Below the pieces are notes generated by a model. The model was given only the letters and a program-made list of their open reading frames with translations, did no database searches and was not told the origin of the DNA. A program made the position numbers and the translations under genes. A stretch of 63,372 bases of DNA, filler included, from a bacterium (GTDB lineage: Bacteria; JAJRZV01): assembly GCA_024275095.1 (NCBI GenBank). It is 8 parts of 7 records of this genome, joined end to end, with 100 filler letters (N's around TTAATTAATTAA, not from the genome) between each part and the next. Parts side by side here need not be neighbours in the genome. Positions count along the whole stretch, not along the records: positions 29,766 to 43,440 come from JAJRZV010000001.1; positions 43,541 to 50,230 come from JAJRZV010000044.1; 6 more parts are not named here. One strand, given 5' to 3'. Positions 39,534 through 49,297 of the stretch are shown one piece after another. How positions within the stretch are numbered: the stretch's first letter is position 1; the number at the start of each line of letters is the position of its first letter.

Positions 39534-40875
39534 ATTTTTCATACTCTTCTTTCAGCACCTGGACGGCTTTTTCTTTGTTATCAGGTGAAAGAACGCCGTC
39601 CACAACCATTTCTTCCAGGCGCTTTTTTAAAAATCCCACCGCCGGACCGGGTTGAATGTTCAGTATCTCCATGATTTCGTATCCGTTAAGTGGTGACTTC
39701 ATTTCACCGGCACTTGTCTCTTCCAGGAGTTTTTCAACACGATGCTTGAGTTCGCTCAGTGCCTGGATCGATTCGGCTTTTGCTAAATCCGAACGCGAGA
39801 TGATGTCTGCTTCTACCAGACAGTAGAGGTCCTCGCGGAAACCTTCCGTACGCTTGATAAAGCGCCTTACAGCCCTGTCTGTCCATTCGGGCGTGTAAAT
39901 AAGCATGTGGTGACGGATCAGTGATTCCACAGTTTTTCTCGTATTTCGTGGAAATCCCCAGCGCAAAAGCGCCCTTGCCGCCAGCTTTGCACTGATGTGT
40001 TCGTGGCCTGGAAAAGAAAGCCGCCTTTCTTTTTTTACGGCAGCATGTGGTTTGCCAGCATCGTGAAAGAGAGCGGCTGCTCTCAAGGCCAGCTTTGGTG
40101 GTACGAGCCCTGTTACCCGTGCAGCGTGAGAAAAAACGTTTTCGAAGTGATAGGGAGTTTGCTGGTCGAAATCCACACTCGGAAGCAGTTCAGGAAGTAC
40201 GTATTCTACGAGCCGGGCTTTTTTTAGAGCCAATAGCACAGGATGCACCCGGGGGGAGAGAAGAATTTTTCTCATTTCTTCGCCGATACGCTCGGATCGC
40301 AGCGTCCTCAACCACCCCTTCATACGAAGGGCAGCAGCAGCCACGTCGTGATGGGGTGAAATGTCCAGTTCCGTGGAAATGCGCACCATGCGCACGATGC
40401 GTCCGGGATCTTCGTAAAAGGTTTTTTCAGGTATGTCACAGGTTTTACATATGCCGGAGAATAAATCTTTGATCCCGCCCAGGGGGTCTTCTGCGTCAAA
40501 CTCTGGAAGCGTGATGTAAAAGGCATTTACGGTGAAGTCTCTGCAACGTGCATCTTCTTCAAGTGTGGGACCTTTTGATTCCACGAGATCGACAAAGTAT
40601 TTACCATGTTTAAACCTCAGTACTTCCTTGTTCCGAATGGTCTGCGGTTCTCCAAGGATGCGGGTAAGGGTCCGTGCAAGCCGATGGCGTGAATGCTCAT
40701 CGAGCGTTAGCACGTCAATATCTTCTGGTACTTTTTTACCGGTGAGAAGAAATATAGAGAATCCTCCAACGATATATGCTTTGACACCGGTGGCACGGAC
40801 ACTTTCCAGAAGAATGTCGACGCATTCACGCAACTGCTGGGGGAGGGTTTCAAGTTTTAAGGGAGGTCCAGACAT
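39499..40875 (-). CDS. Class II tRNA nucleotidyltransferase with HD domain (probable CC-adding)
   Basis: VGG..DID, RDFTVNA, DPLGG..DL, EDPGR, ERI.EE, HD motif (LFHDAGKP), C-terminal PGP.VG. Confidence 0.85.
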   Translation of the reverse strand: MSGPPLKLETLPQQLRECVDILLESVRATGVKAYIVGGFSIFLLTGKKVPEDIDVLTLDEHSRHRLARTLTRILGEPQTIRNKEVLRFKHGKYFVDLVESKGPTLEEDARCRDFTVNAFYITLPEFDAEDPLGGIKDLFSGICKTCDIPEKTFYEDPGRIVRMVRISTELDISPHHDVAAAALRMKGWLRTLRSERIGEEMRKILLSPRVHPVLLALKKARLVEYVLPELLPSVDFDQQTPYHFENVFSHAARVTGLVPPKLALRAAALFHDAGKPHAAVKKERRLSFPGHEHISAKLAARALLRWGFPRNTRKTVESLIRHHMLIYTPEWTDRAVRRFIKRTEGFREDLYCLVEADIISRSDLAKAESIQALSELKHRVEKLLEETSAGEMKSPLNGYEIMEILNIQPGPAVGFLKKRLEEMVVDGVLSPDNKEKAVQVLKEEYEKFRKGDFSCEQS

Positions 40876-41579
40876 TTGTGTACCTGTGGAATCACGCGTA
40901 CGTGTGTTAAGTGTTCGCATGCAATTCGGTAAAAACTCATCAGCAAGTCATAAGGTATTTTTTCAACAGGTTGAATAAAAAAAGGCACCTGTTCACCGTG
41001 AATGCGTGCCGTGAGCTCTGCCGCGCGTTTGACCTCTTCTGGTTCTTCCTGCCCGGAGACAACTGCTTTAACAGAGAGACTTGAGGACGAGACATTAATC
41101 AGTGCCTCCTGAAAAATGTCCCAGCCGTTCCGAATCCCTGAGGAACGGGGGAATTTTACATCGAGGGAGACGTGGACGTTGGCGTCTGATATTTCTTTCA
41201 GCACTGATGGATACACCCCCGCTGTTTCAAGAACCACAGGTGCATCGGCTAATGCGACAAGGCCCTTCAAAAATTCTTTCTGGTAAGTGGGCTCTCCGCC
41301 GGTAATGCACATACGCGAGAACGGTGCATGTTCTGTCAGGGATTTGACAGCGTCTTTGACGAATTCGACCGTTACAGGGTTGGAAAACAATTTTGTTGTC
41401 ATTTCAGGAAAGAGAATTTTTCCCTGCCGGCGAGGTGTAAGACCTTCAGGCGTGTCGCAATACCTGCACCTCAGCGGACAACCACCCATGCGCACGAAAG
41501 CATGGACTTCTCCAACGAACAGGCCCTCACCCTGGACAGAGAGAAATATTTCATGGACAAATCCCTTCAGGAAACCCAT
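40857..41579 (-). CDS. queE: 7-carboxy-7-deazaguanine synthase (radical SAM)
   Basis: EIF.SVQGEG..VG, GCPLRCRYCDT, TGGEP, LET.G, IPQ.HK. Confidence 0.9.
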   Translation of the reverse strand: MGFLKGFVHEIFLSVQGEGLFVGEVHAFVRMGGCPLRCRYCDTPEGLTPRRQGKILFPEMTTKLFSNPVTVEFVKDAVKSLTEHAPFSRMCITGGEPTYQKEFLKGLVALADAPVVLETAGVYPSVLKEISDANVHVSLDVKFPRSSGIRNGWDIFQEALINVSSSSLSVKAVVSGQEEPEEVKRAAELTARIHGEQVPFFIQPVEKIPYDLLMSFYRIACEHLTHVRVIPQVHKCLDLP

Positions 41580-42118
41580 CGTACTTTGGTGCAGGCTTCA
41601 ACGGCACTGACATATTCCCTGCAGAAGCGTTGTGCAATTTTATCTGCAAGTTGGCGTGGCTCTGGACGAGCAGGCAGCGTGGCTGCGGTCACAGGAGCAC
41701 CTTTTGCATCAATGTTCAGTCCCAGATGTATAAGTCCTGACACGGGTGAGACAGTGGCAATGGATACAGAAAGCTTGCCTTCATTTACAAAAAGGTCGTC
41801 ACCATCGCGGTGAAGCCCCGGCATGAAGGATTGGAGGATTTCTGCTGTTATGGCGACAAGCAGACGCTGGGCTAGTACTGCCTCGAGTATGGATACTCTA
41901 AAAATTTCCACAATAAAGTGGAGCATTTTGCGCGCACGAATGATGTGTCCTTTTTCAATGTCTTCTACATCTACCATGCGTGCAGGTTCCACATCGCAGC
42001 TACCCATGAATGCAATGATCGCATCACCTTGAATCCCGGTATTGTGGCGTATCCAGTGGCTGCTGAGCTGGGAACCGTCGTAGTGGATGTGCCTGTTAAT
42101 CCATTCGTACTTCACCAA
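41567..42118 (-). CDS. DUF366-family protein (BPL/LplA-like fold)
   Basis: YDGSQL..HW, GD.I.AF.G.C.V....MVD.ED, MLHFIVE.F, QRLL, R.GDDL....KLSVSIA, IH.G.N, A..KVR. Confidence 0.85.
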   Translation of the reverse strand: MVKYEWINRHIHYDGSQLSSHWIRHNTGIQGDAIIAFMGSCDVEPARMVDVEDIEKGHIIRARKMLHFIVEIFRVSILEAVLAQRLLVAITAEILQSFMPGLHRDGDDLFVNEGKLSVSIATVSPVSGLIHLGLNIDAKGAPVTAATLPARPEPRQLADKIAQRFCREYVSAVEACTKVRWVS

Positions 42119-42785
42119 ACGCCTCCCTGAGCGCTTCTGTCAGTCCCGCATCCTGGAATCCCCTGATAAAGCGGGTGCAGGACTCACATCGGAAACATGG
42201 AAAAATACCGTTACGATAGCAGAACCAGAGGTGCTGAAGGGGAATTTTTCTTTTTACAGCTTCTGAAGCGATGTCTTTTTTTCTCATGTGAAGCAAAGGT
42301 GTCCACAGTGCAACCCGACCTGCGGTGCCAAAGTAAAGCGTGCGAGAAAGTGCCTCCACAAAACTCGGCGAGTTGTCGGGAAAGGTTTCGCCTTCTTCAG
42401 CGTTGAACCCGGCTGCTACAGCGCCACCCCCGCGTGATTCCACGAAGGCTGCGGCTACGGAGACAAACACCAGGTTTCGGGCAGGTACCCATACAGCCTG
42501 TGCTGTTTGTTCCGGATGCCAACGCTTTTCAATGTCAGGTATTTCTGAAGGACCGACAAGGGCTGAAGCCTGACTCCATTCCTTGAGCCAGGGAAGTTCT
42601 ATGGTGAGGTGTTCTACGTTGAAATGAGATGCCAGAAGTGATGCTTTCTCCAGCTCCCTGCGCGCTTTTTGACCGTAGTCCACAGTGAGAGCCCATACAT
42701 TGTCAAACTCCTCTATTGCACGTGAGAGCACGACTGCAGAGTCCAGACCACTGGATAAAAGTACAACTGCTACATGATGGGGCAT
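42096..42785 (-). CDS. queC: 7-cyano-7-deazaguanine synthase
   Basis: LSSGLDS (SGGxDS variant), DYGQ, WVPARN, FPDNS, C-terminal C..CxxCxxC zinc motif. Confidence 0.92.
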   Translation of the reverse strand: MPHHVAVVLLSSGLDSAVVLSRAIEEFDNVWALTVDYGQKARRELEKASLLASHFNVEHLTIELPWLKEWSQASALVGPSEIPDIEKRWHPEQTAQAVWVPARNLVFVSVAAAFVESRGGGAVAAGFNAEEGETFPDNSPSFVEALSRTLYFGTAGRVALWTPLLHMRKKDIASEAVKRKIPLQHLWFCYRNGIFPCFRCESCTRFIRGFQDAGLTEALREAFGEVRMD

Positions 42786-42814
42786 AACGTGCCTCCGCTG
42801 GCTACTGTCAAAAG

Positions 42815-43222
42815 TTACTTCAGTCGAGGTTTCAAGGCTTTTTTAAGCTTAATTCGTGCCACCGGTTTGCCGTGGTAGTTTTTGACGATGATGCGGGTTT
42901 CACCCTGGATGTTATTGAGAATTTCTCCGGTAATACACGTGTAATATCCGAAAGTTTTACCGGTCCTGTCCCCTGTTGCCAAGGGCTCTATTGTACCGAG
43001 ATATACAATGCCCTCGTCTGTTCGAATTTCGAAAGACCTGGGCATGCCTTTACGAAATCTGATTTTGTATGGAGGACGCAGAATGCGCCCGTCCACATAC
43101 ACGCGTGCTCCTTCAGGACAGGGCATGATGAGATAGAAAAAATCTTTAACCGGTTTCGAAATCCCTGGCACGGGCATTGTTAATATTCCGCAAATAAAGC
43201 TGACTATCAACAACTTTTTCAT
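42815..43222 (-). CDS. Secreted hypothetical protein (PEGA-like start)
   Basis: Signal peptide; PEGARVYVDG. Confidence 0.6.
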   Translation of the reverse strand: MKKLLIVSFICGILTMPVPGISKPVKDFFYLIMPCPEGARVYVDGRILRPPYKIRFRKGMPRSFEIRTDEGIVYLGTIEPLATGDRTGKTFGYYTCITGEILNNIQGETRIIVKNYHGKPVARIKLKKALKPRLK

Positions 43223-43227
43223 AGCAC

Positions 43228-43440
43228 TTACTCCTTTAAGGTGATGGTATTTATTTTATTCGTTTCCCATGCGTATGCCAACTCTGCGCCCCAGAATAGA
43301 ACGCCGAATGAGAAATATATCCATAGAACCCCGATAATAAGAGCACCGAACGAGCCGTAAATAATGTTAACACGTGTAATGTGGGTCATGTACCAGTTGA
43401 AGATGGCGCGCCCTACTTCCCATACCACAGCAGCGCTGGC
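43228..43440 (-). CDS. YihY/BrkB-family membrane protein, C-terminal fragment
   Basis: WE.GR..F.WY...IYGSFGA.I...LWIY.S...L.GAEL. Confidence 0.85.
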   Translation of the reverse strand, partial: ASAAVVWEVGRAIFNWYMTHITRVNIIYGSFGALIIGVLWIYFSFGVLFWGAELAYAWETNKINTITLKE

Positions 43441-43540
43441 NNNNNNNNNNNNNNNNNNNNNNNNNNNNNNNNNNNNNNNNNNNNTTAATTAATTAANNNN
43501 NNNNNNNNNNNNNNNNNNNNNNNNNNNNNNNNNNNNNNNN
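43441..43540. other. Artificial contig linker
   Basis: N-run + TTAATTAATTAA + N-run. Confidence 0.98.
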
Positions 43541-44164
43541 CAGGATTTTATGCACTGCGTTTTTTAACGCATTTTCATGGCCCCCAAAAAAGTGGTCTGC
43601 TCCTTCAATCACTTCCAGGACTTTTCTTTTATGTACCTTTCCCATTATTTCCTTCAGGATTTCTTCTGAGCAAAAAACATCGTTGCCGCCCCGTACCACA
43701 CCCACTGGCTTGTGGCACTTCTCAAGGAAGGAAAAATCAAAAATGCTCACAGGTGGTGCCACAGCAATGAGCAAATCCACATCAGGCAAACTCACACCCG
43801 CACGCAGTCCCACCCAGGCACCAAAGGAGTACCCGGCAACAGCCAGGCGGCTCCAGCCTTTCTCTTTCAAAAAGTAAAGGCACGCGGTTACGTCTCTGAG
43901 TTCGCCCTCCCCGTCAGAATATTTTCCCTCTGAGCGCCCCACCCCCCGGAAGTTAAAACGCAACACAGGGTGTCCCCTCTCCAGCAAAGCCTCCGCAACA
44001 GCCATGACCACGTTGTTGTACATATCTCCACCGTAGAGGGGGTGAGGGTGACATACCACCCAGGCAGGAAGCACACCTTCACCCTTATCCAGCAAGCCTT
44101 CTAACCGGCACTCACCTTCTACGAAAAGTTCGCTGGGTCCGGACACGCAGGACTCATACACCAC
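43541..44164 (-). CDS. Alpha/beta hydrolase, 3' end cut
   Basis: CHPHPLYGG.M.N.VV, RFNFRGVG.S.G, GYSFG, G..D, GADHFF. Confidence 0.9.
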
Positions 44165-44190
44165 GTGTTTTTCTCTTTTACAAAATCCCG

Positions 44191-44949
44191 TTACGACCGG
44201 ATTATGGGACTGTCCATGGTGTAGAGGCTCCCATAAGGTCTGTGTGTAACAGGTATGAGCTTGGTAAATTCTGCGTCAAGGATCTCTTCAGCATTTAATT
44301 CGAATTCCCGTGCAAAGTCCTTGATGGTTTCGCGCAGGAAACGACGATCCTCTTCCGTAAGTGGCACCTCCCCTACCTCTTTCCCCATAAAATGCCTATC
44401 CACACGCCCCCTGAGAAAAATAGAACCTCCGTGCATACCCGTTGCCAGGTAATCACCGGTAAGCACGCCCGGAGTACGGCCGAACATACCCAGCACAATC
44501 ACACGACCGCCAGCCATGTACTCGCACAGAAATTCCCCTGCTGTACCGCCGATAACAATGGTGGGAATGAGGTGTTTGTAGCCCTTCATGTGGATACCCA
44601 CGCGATAACCGCAATCACGCAAAATATACAGTTTGCCTCCACGCATGCCGTAACCGCATACATCACCTGCCATGCCGTGAACCACAATTTTTCCGCCGTT
44701 CATGGTATTGCCGGCCCCATCCTGAGCATTACCGTAAACAGTAATGCGCGGGCCATTCATGAAAGCCCCAAGGTCACCTCCTGCAACACCATAAATATCA
44801 ATCTTCACCTCCCGGGTAATGCCGTCGCCGATATAACGCTGGCCGTTCACGTTGCGAAGCACGATGTGGTCTTCACCCCGATCAACAAGTTCCCTGATGC
44901 GGTCATTGAGAACGCGATAATGAATACCTTTTGCGTCAATTTCCACCAT
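44191..44949 (-). CDS. Glutamate synthase GXGXG (domain 3) stand-alone subunit
   Basis: NV.GQRYIG, GNAQDG.GNTM..G, GYGMRGG, EYMAGG, GMHGG. Confidence 0.9.
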   Translation of the reverse strand: MVEIDAKGIHYRVLNDRIRELVDRGEDHIVLRNVNGQRYIGDGITREVKIDIYGVAGGDLGAFMNGPRITVYGNAQDGAGNTMNGGKIVVHGMAGDVCGYGMRGGKLYILRDCGYRVGIHMKGYKHLIPTIVIGGTAGEFLCEYMAGGRVIVLGMFGRTPGVLTGDYLATGMHGGSIFLRGRVDRHFMGKEVGEVPLTEEDRRFLRETIKDFAREFELNAEEILDAEFTKLIPVTHRPYGSLYTMDSPIIRS

Positions 44950-46027
44950 CTTCCAGCTCCACAATAGTGGGTTCTCCAGCCTTGGGCATCCAGACCTCAT
45001 CGGGGTCCGGTATCACCTCGTGTATGGCGGCATTTTCACTGGCAAGCACGTGAATATCGCCTTTATAGCCTGCCACCAGCGGCCTGAGCTTGATACGGTC
45101 GTTGAGACCCATGATACCCCTTTCATAAGCAAGCACAATGGCAAACGGCCCATTGAGGGCTGCACTTCCGTAAATCATGCGCAAGCGGGTGTAAAATTCA
45201 CGCTTTTCCTCTTCCATGCGGTCTATATCCTTCCAGAACGGCGGAGCAAGCACCGAAGCCGCAACATCCAGCGAAAGCCCATGACGTCGAATGAGCAGGT
45301 CACACAGATATGCCACAACCTCTGTATCTGTCAGAAGTGTACACTTGTACCCGAACATCTCGAGATAGCGTTTATTGATGCCGTAAGAAGAAATTTCACC
45401 GTTATGCACAATGCTCCAGTCCAAAAGCGCAAAGGGATGAGCGCCACCCCACCACCCGGGGGTATTGGTGGGGAAGCGTGTGTGCGCACTCCAGATATGG
45501 GCCTTGTACTCGTCAATCCGGAAAAAGTCTGCAATCTCATCCGGCTGACCCACACCCTTGAACACGCCCATATCTTTACCGCTGGAAACCACGTATGCAC
45601 CATCCACCTCTGCATTGATGGCCATGACCACCTTCACCACATAATCGTCGTCGTTGAGGTCCACCATATCGTGAGGGCGTCCCTGCGCGAGAGGTTTGAC
45701 AAAATACCTTCGGAAGATGGGTGTAGCGCCCAAGGAAAGAACACGACGCGTGGGGATCTGTTCCGAGTGTTCCACCTGCATTGTGTTCATGAGAATTTCC
45801 TCAGCACGACCAATGGCCGTTTCGTTATCGTACATGATGTGAAATGCGTAAAAATCTCTATAATCCGGATATATCCCGTAAGCTGCAAACCCAGCTCCAA
45901 GGCCGTTTCCGCGCTCTTCCATGTTGCAGATGGCGCAAATAACCTTTTCACCTTCAATGAGCTTCTTTTTCCGGTGAATAATACCCACCAGACCACAACC
46001 TGAGATGCTTCGCGACCACCAGCTCAT
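44936..46027 (-). CDS. Glutamate synthase glutamine amidotransferase (domain 1) stand-alone subunit
   Basis: SGCG, ERGNGLGAGFA.YG, H.RFPTNTPGWWGGAHPF, VHNGEISSYG, TDTEV, DRIKLRP. Confidence 0.9.
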   Translation of the reverse strand: MSWWSRSISGCGLVGIIHRKKKLIEGEKVICAICNMEERGNGLGAGFAAYGIYPDYRDFYAFHIMYDNETAIGRAEEILMNTMQVEHSEQIPTRRVLSLGATPIFRRYFVKPLAQGRPHDMVDLNDDDYVVKVVMAINAEVDGAYVVSSGKDMGVFKGVGQPDEIADFFRIDEYKAHIWSAHTRFPTNTPGWWGGAHPFALLDWSIVHNGEISSYGINKRYLEMFGYKCTLLTDTEVVAYLCDLLIRRHGLSLDVAASVLAPPFWKDIDRMEEEKREFYTRLRMIYGSAALNGPFAIVLAYERGIMGLNDRIKLRPLVAGYKGDIHVLASENAAIHEVIPDPDEVWMPKAGEPTIVELEDGGN

Positions 46028-47292
46028 GCCCTTACCTCAAGCAACGACTTTCTCAGCTTTTCGGGAAATTTATGAAAGTGAAACCGACTCTCTGAAAGAG
46101 CATGAACCATGTCCCCCAGTTCTACGCGGTTCCTGATGAGAGCTGTGTACACTCCTGCATTTTCCACATCTCTTGTAAGCACGTAACCCGCAAGACGCCC
46201 GCCAGAGACAATAAATTTTTTGTACAGGCGCTTCTCCTCTTCAACATAGGTAATGACTTCATCTCCCTCCTCGGGCGTGAGTTTACCGGCAGAAATAATC
46301 TCCAGTTCTCCAAAATGAAAAGAGTTCATGCTGAGGGCTCCTGGATAGGTCCGGGACTTACCCGCCATGTTAAACCCCGCGATTTTTCCCTGTTCGGTAG
46401 CCACTGGAATAATGGGAATCACCTGCTTCTCGCCTGTGAGAACCTCAGGAGCCTGAGCCACATCTCCAGCAGCAAAAACGTCTTCAACGCTCGTTCTCAT
46501 GTGCTCGTCCACCAGTACACCACGATCCACCTTTACGGAAGAAGACCTCAGAAAGTCCACGTTTGGCCTCACACCGATAGCCACAACGAGTATATCAGGC
46601 TCAAGTACATCCCCACTTTTCAGCTTCACGGACTTGAGCCTGCCATCTGCTGAAATGACCTCTTCCACCGTGTCGGAAAGCCGGACGGAAATGCCCTCTT
46701 TGTGAAATTCCTCCTCGATCCACCCCGCCACTTTCGAGTCCACTGCACGCGGCAGCACCTGATTCTCCAGTTCCACGATGGTGACCTTCACACCCCGGGC
46801 TGCCAATCCTTCAGCACACTGGGTTCCGATAAGACCCGCTCCAATAACAACGGCAGATCTCACCTCCCCCGCATCCACGCGGTCTTTAATGCGCATGGCA
46901 TCGCCCCAGGTTGTAAACGTATAAACATCTCTGCACTCATCAACACCCTTTATTGGAGGAACAAACGGCACGCCACCTGTAGCAATGAGCAGCCGGTCGT
47001 AGGTAAACTTTTCACCACTCTCCAGAACTACTATTTTAGCGACATCGTTGACCTCTACAACAGGAGACCCGAGCCCCGGCTTTACCTTCATGCGCTCGTA
47101 CCAGTGTTCACCTCGATAATACATATGATGTTCGGTAAAACGCATGGACACGTAATCCTGAAGAAGGGCCTTGGCGTAAGGTCGAAATTTTTCAGCCGAA
47201 ATCATAAACACTTCACCATCAGCATCCACGCGCCTGATAGCCTCAGCTGCCCATACAGCTGAATACGAATTACCAACGAGCACGTACTTCAT
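46024..47292 (-). CDS. FAD-dependent pyridine nucleotide-disulfide oxidoreductase
   Basis: LLIATGG.PF.PP, VIGAGLIG, AIGVRPN, FAAGDVA. Confidence 0.9.
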   Translation of the reverse strand: MKYVLVGNSYSAVWAAEAIRRVDADGEVFMISAEKFRPYAKALLQDYVSMRFTEHHMYYRGEHWYERMKVKPGLGSPVVEVNDVAKIVVLESGEKFTYDRLLIATGGVPFVPPIKGVDECRDVYTFTTWGDAMRIKDRVDAGEVRSAVVIGAGLIGTQCAEGLAARGVKVTIVELENQVLPRAVDSKVAGWIEEEFHKEGISVRLSDTVEEVISADGRLKSVKLKSGDVLEPDILVVAIGVRPNVDFLRSSSVKVDRGVLVDEHMRTSVEDVFAAGDVAQAPEVLTGEKQVIPIIPVATEQGKIAGFNMAGKSRTYPGALSMNSFHFGELEIISAGKLTPEEGDEVITYVEEEKRLYKKFIVSGGRLAGYVLTRDVENAGVYTALIRNRVELGDMVHALSESRFHFHKFPEKLRKSLLEVRA

Positions 47293-47743
47293 CGTTCCTC
47301 TCACCCCGATCTTCGAACAAAAGAGCGCCGTTAGGACATGCCCTCACACATGCAGGGATTTCACTCTCAGGACACAGATCACATTTGTGCGCAATTCGCC
47401 GGGTCTCAAGCTGCCTTCTTTTTATGACGCCGTAAGGACATGCCATGATGCACATCCAGCAACCAACACACTTTTCAGGATTAACGAGAACCCTCCCTTC
47501 CTCGTCCCGGTAGAGCGTACCATTTTTACACGCTTCTAGGCATTCGGGTTCTGTGCAGTGCCTGCACATGAGGGAAAAACTTACAGGTCCCTCGGCGTAC
47601 ACGGAGCACCGTTCTGTAAACCTGAGGTTTTCTCTGAAATATGCATTGATAACGTTCTTTGACTGCGAATGTTCCACCACGCACGCTACCTGGCACAGGT
47701 AACACTGAACGCAGAAGTCTTCTCTTGGATAAACAACCTTCAC
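47270..47743 (-). CDS. 4Fe-4S dicluster ferredoxin-like subunit
   Basis: CVQCYLCQVAC, CRHC..P.C..AC, CVGCWMCIMACP, KCDLC...P.CV..CP. Confidence 0.92.
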   Translation of the reverse strand: MKVVYPREDFCVQCYLCQVACVVEHSQSKNVINAYFRENLRFTERCSVYAEGPVSFSLMCRHCTEPECLEACKNGTLYRDEEGRVLVNPEKCVGCWMCIMACPYGVIKRRQLETRRIAHKCDLCPESEIPACVRACPNGALLFEDRGERNDEVRARW

Positions 47744-47744
47744 T

Positions 47745-49268
47745 TCACGCTCCTGCCGGCTTGATTCCCAGTATTTCCAGCTCCCAGTCCTCCAGGCCCA
47801 CGCCCCTCAATCGGTCTCTATTACCGCGGAGACTCTCTATGGCATTGATGCCCATCAACCCCAGCATCTCCTGGATCTCATGGGCCCACGCCTTGAGAAG
47901 ATTTGCAGCCCGCTCAGCTCCAATATCAGGGTTCACACGCTTCATGAGTTTGGGATCATTGGTTGTAATTCCCCACGCGCATTTTCCCGTGGGACACTGC
48001 ATGCAAAGCGTGCATCCCATGGTCATGAGTGCAGGTGTGCCGATGTACACAGCATCGGCACCGAGAGCAATGGCTTTGATCACGTCGCTGCTATCGCGAA
48101 ATCCTCCAGCTGCCACCAGTGCTGCATGATTCCGAATTCCTTCCTCGCGCAACCGCTGATCCACAGCAGCAATGGCCAGCTCAATGGGAATTCCCACGTT
48201 ATCGCGGATAACCTTAGGTGCAGCACCTGTACCACCCCGAAATCCATCAAGTACCACTATGTCCGCACCGGCTCTGACAATTCCACTGGCAATGGCTGCC
48301 GAGTTGTGCACTGCCGCAATTTTGACAGCCACAGGCTTTTCATAGCGTGTCGCTTCCTTGAGAGCGTAAATGAGCTGGCGTAGATCCTCGATGGAGTAGA
48401 TGTCGTGGTGAGGCGCAGGAGAAAGGGCATCGCTACCTTCAGGAATCATGCGTGTTTCAGATATACGCTTGAGCACCTTGTTCCCCGGCAGGTGACCTCC
48501 GATACCCGGCTTGGCTCCCTGCCCGATCTTAATCTCGATGGCGGCACCTGCATTGAGATATTCGGGAGAAACCCCGAAACGGCCGGAAGCGCATTGCACG
48601 ATGGTGCGGTGCCCGTACTGGTAGAGTGAGCGTGGCAGTCCGCCTTCTCCTGTATTCCAGTAAGTACCCACCTCCACGGCAGCCCTGGCCAGTGACTCAC
48701 ACACGTAATAATTGATGGAACCGTAGGACATGGCTGTAAACATCACAGGTACTTCCAGGATGAGCTGTGGTCCAAGCGTTGTCTTCAGGGAAGCCTTTGC
48801 TCTGGGATCAATGGCGTTGATGTTGTCAGGCTTGCGTCCCAGATACGTGCGGAGTTCCATGGGTTCACGCAGAGGGTCAATGGACGGGTTGGTTACCTGG
48901 CACGCATCCAGTACGATATGGTCCCAGTAATTCTTAAAGGGTTTATTGTTACCCATACCTGTAACGATGATGGCTCCGGTGGATGCCTGTTTATAAAGTG
49001 CCTTGACATGGACAGGAGACCAGTTGTTATTGGGTCTTACATTTCTTTCAGTGGGTCTTACAGTAATACAATCGGTGGGGCAAAAAGCATCACAGCGGTG
49101 ACATCCCACACAGTGGTCATCCAGAGTGTACACCAGGTCCCTTTCCTCATCGTACCGCGTGGCTTCATAGCTGCACTGAGTGACACAGGCGAGACAACGA
49201 ATGCACCTGTCGTAATCCCTCTCAACCGTGAAGTCGTAGTACCAGTCATATGGACTATTATAAAGCAA
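47745..49268 (-). CDS. Glutamate synthase FMN-binding (domain 2) subunit with N-terminal ferredoxin
   Basis: Two CxxCxxC motifs, QVTNPSIDPLREP, MSYGS, NTGEGG, EIKIGQGAKPG.GGHLPG, SPAPHHDIYSIEDL, C..C..C.TG.C.WG. Confidence 0.93.
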   Translation of the reverse strand: MLYNSPYDWYYDFTVERDYDRCIRCLACVTQCSYEATRYDEERDLVYTLDDHCVGCHRCDAFCPTDCITVRPTERNVRPNNNWSPVHVKALYKQASTGAIIVTGMGNNKPFKNYWDHIVLDACQVTNPSIDPLREPMELRTYLGRKPDNINAIDPRAKASLKTTLGPQLILEVPVMFTAMSYGSINYYVCESLARAAVEVGTYWNTGEGGLPRSLYQYGHRTIVQCASGRFGVSPEYLNAGAAIEIKIGQGAKPGIGGHLPGNKVLKRISETRMIPEGSDALSPAPHHDIYSIEDLRQLIYALKEATRYEKPVAVKIAAVHNSAAIASGIVRAGADIVVLDGFRGGTGAAPKVIRDNVGIPIELAIAAVDQRLREEGIRNHAALVAAGGFRDSSDVIKAIALGADAVYIGTPALMTMGCTLCMQCPTGKCAWGITTNDPKLMKRVNPDIGAERAANLLKAWAHEIQEMLGLMGINAIESLRGNRDRLRGVGLEDWELEILGIKPAGA

Positions 49269-49297
49269 TACCCCTCACCTCCTACCAAAGGGCCGTG

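Noticed and set aside
45020-46003. Long antisense ORFs (327 aa here; also 14946-15677, 35144-35842 and others)
   Set aside because: They are shadow frames opposite well-supported genes, with no motifs.
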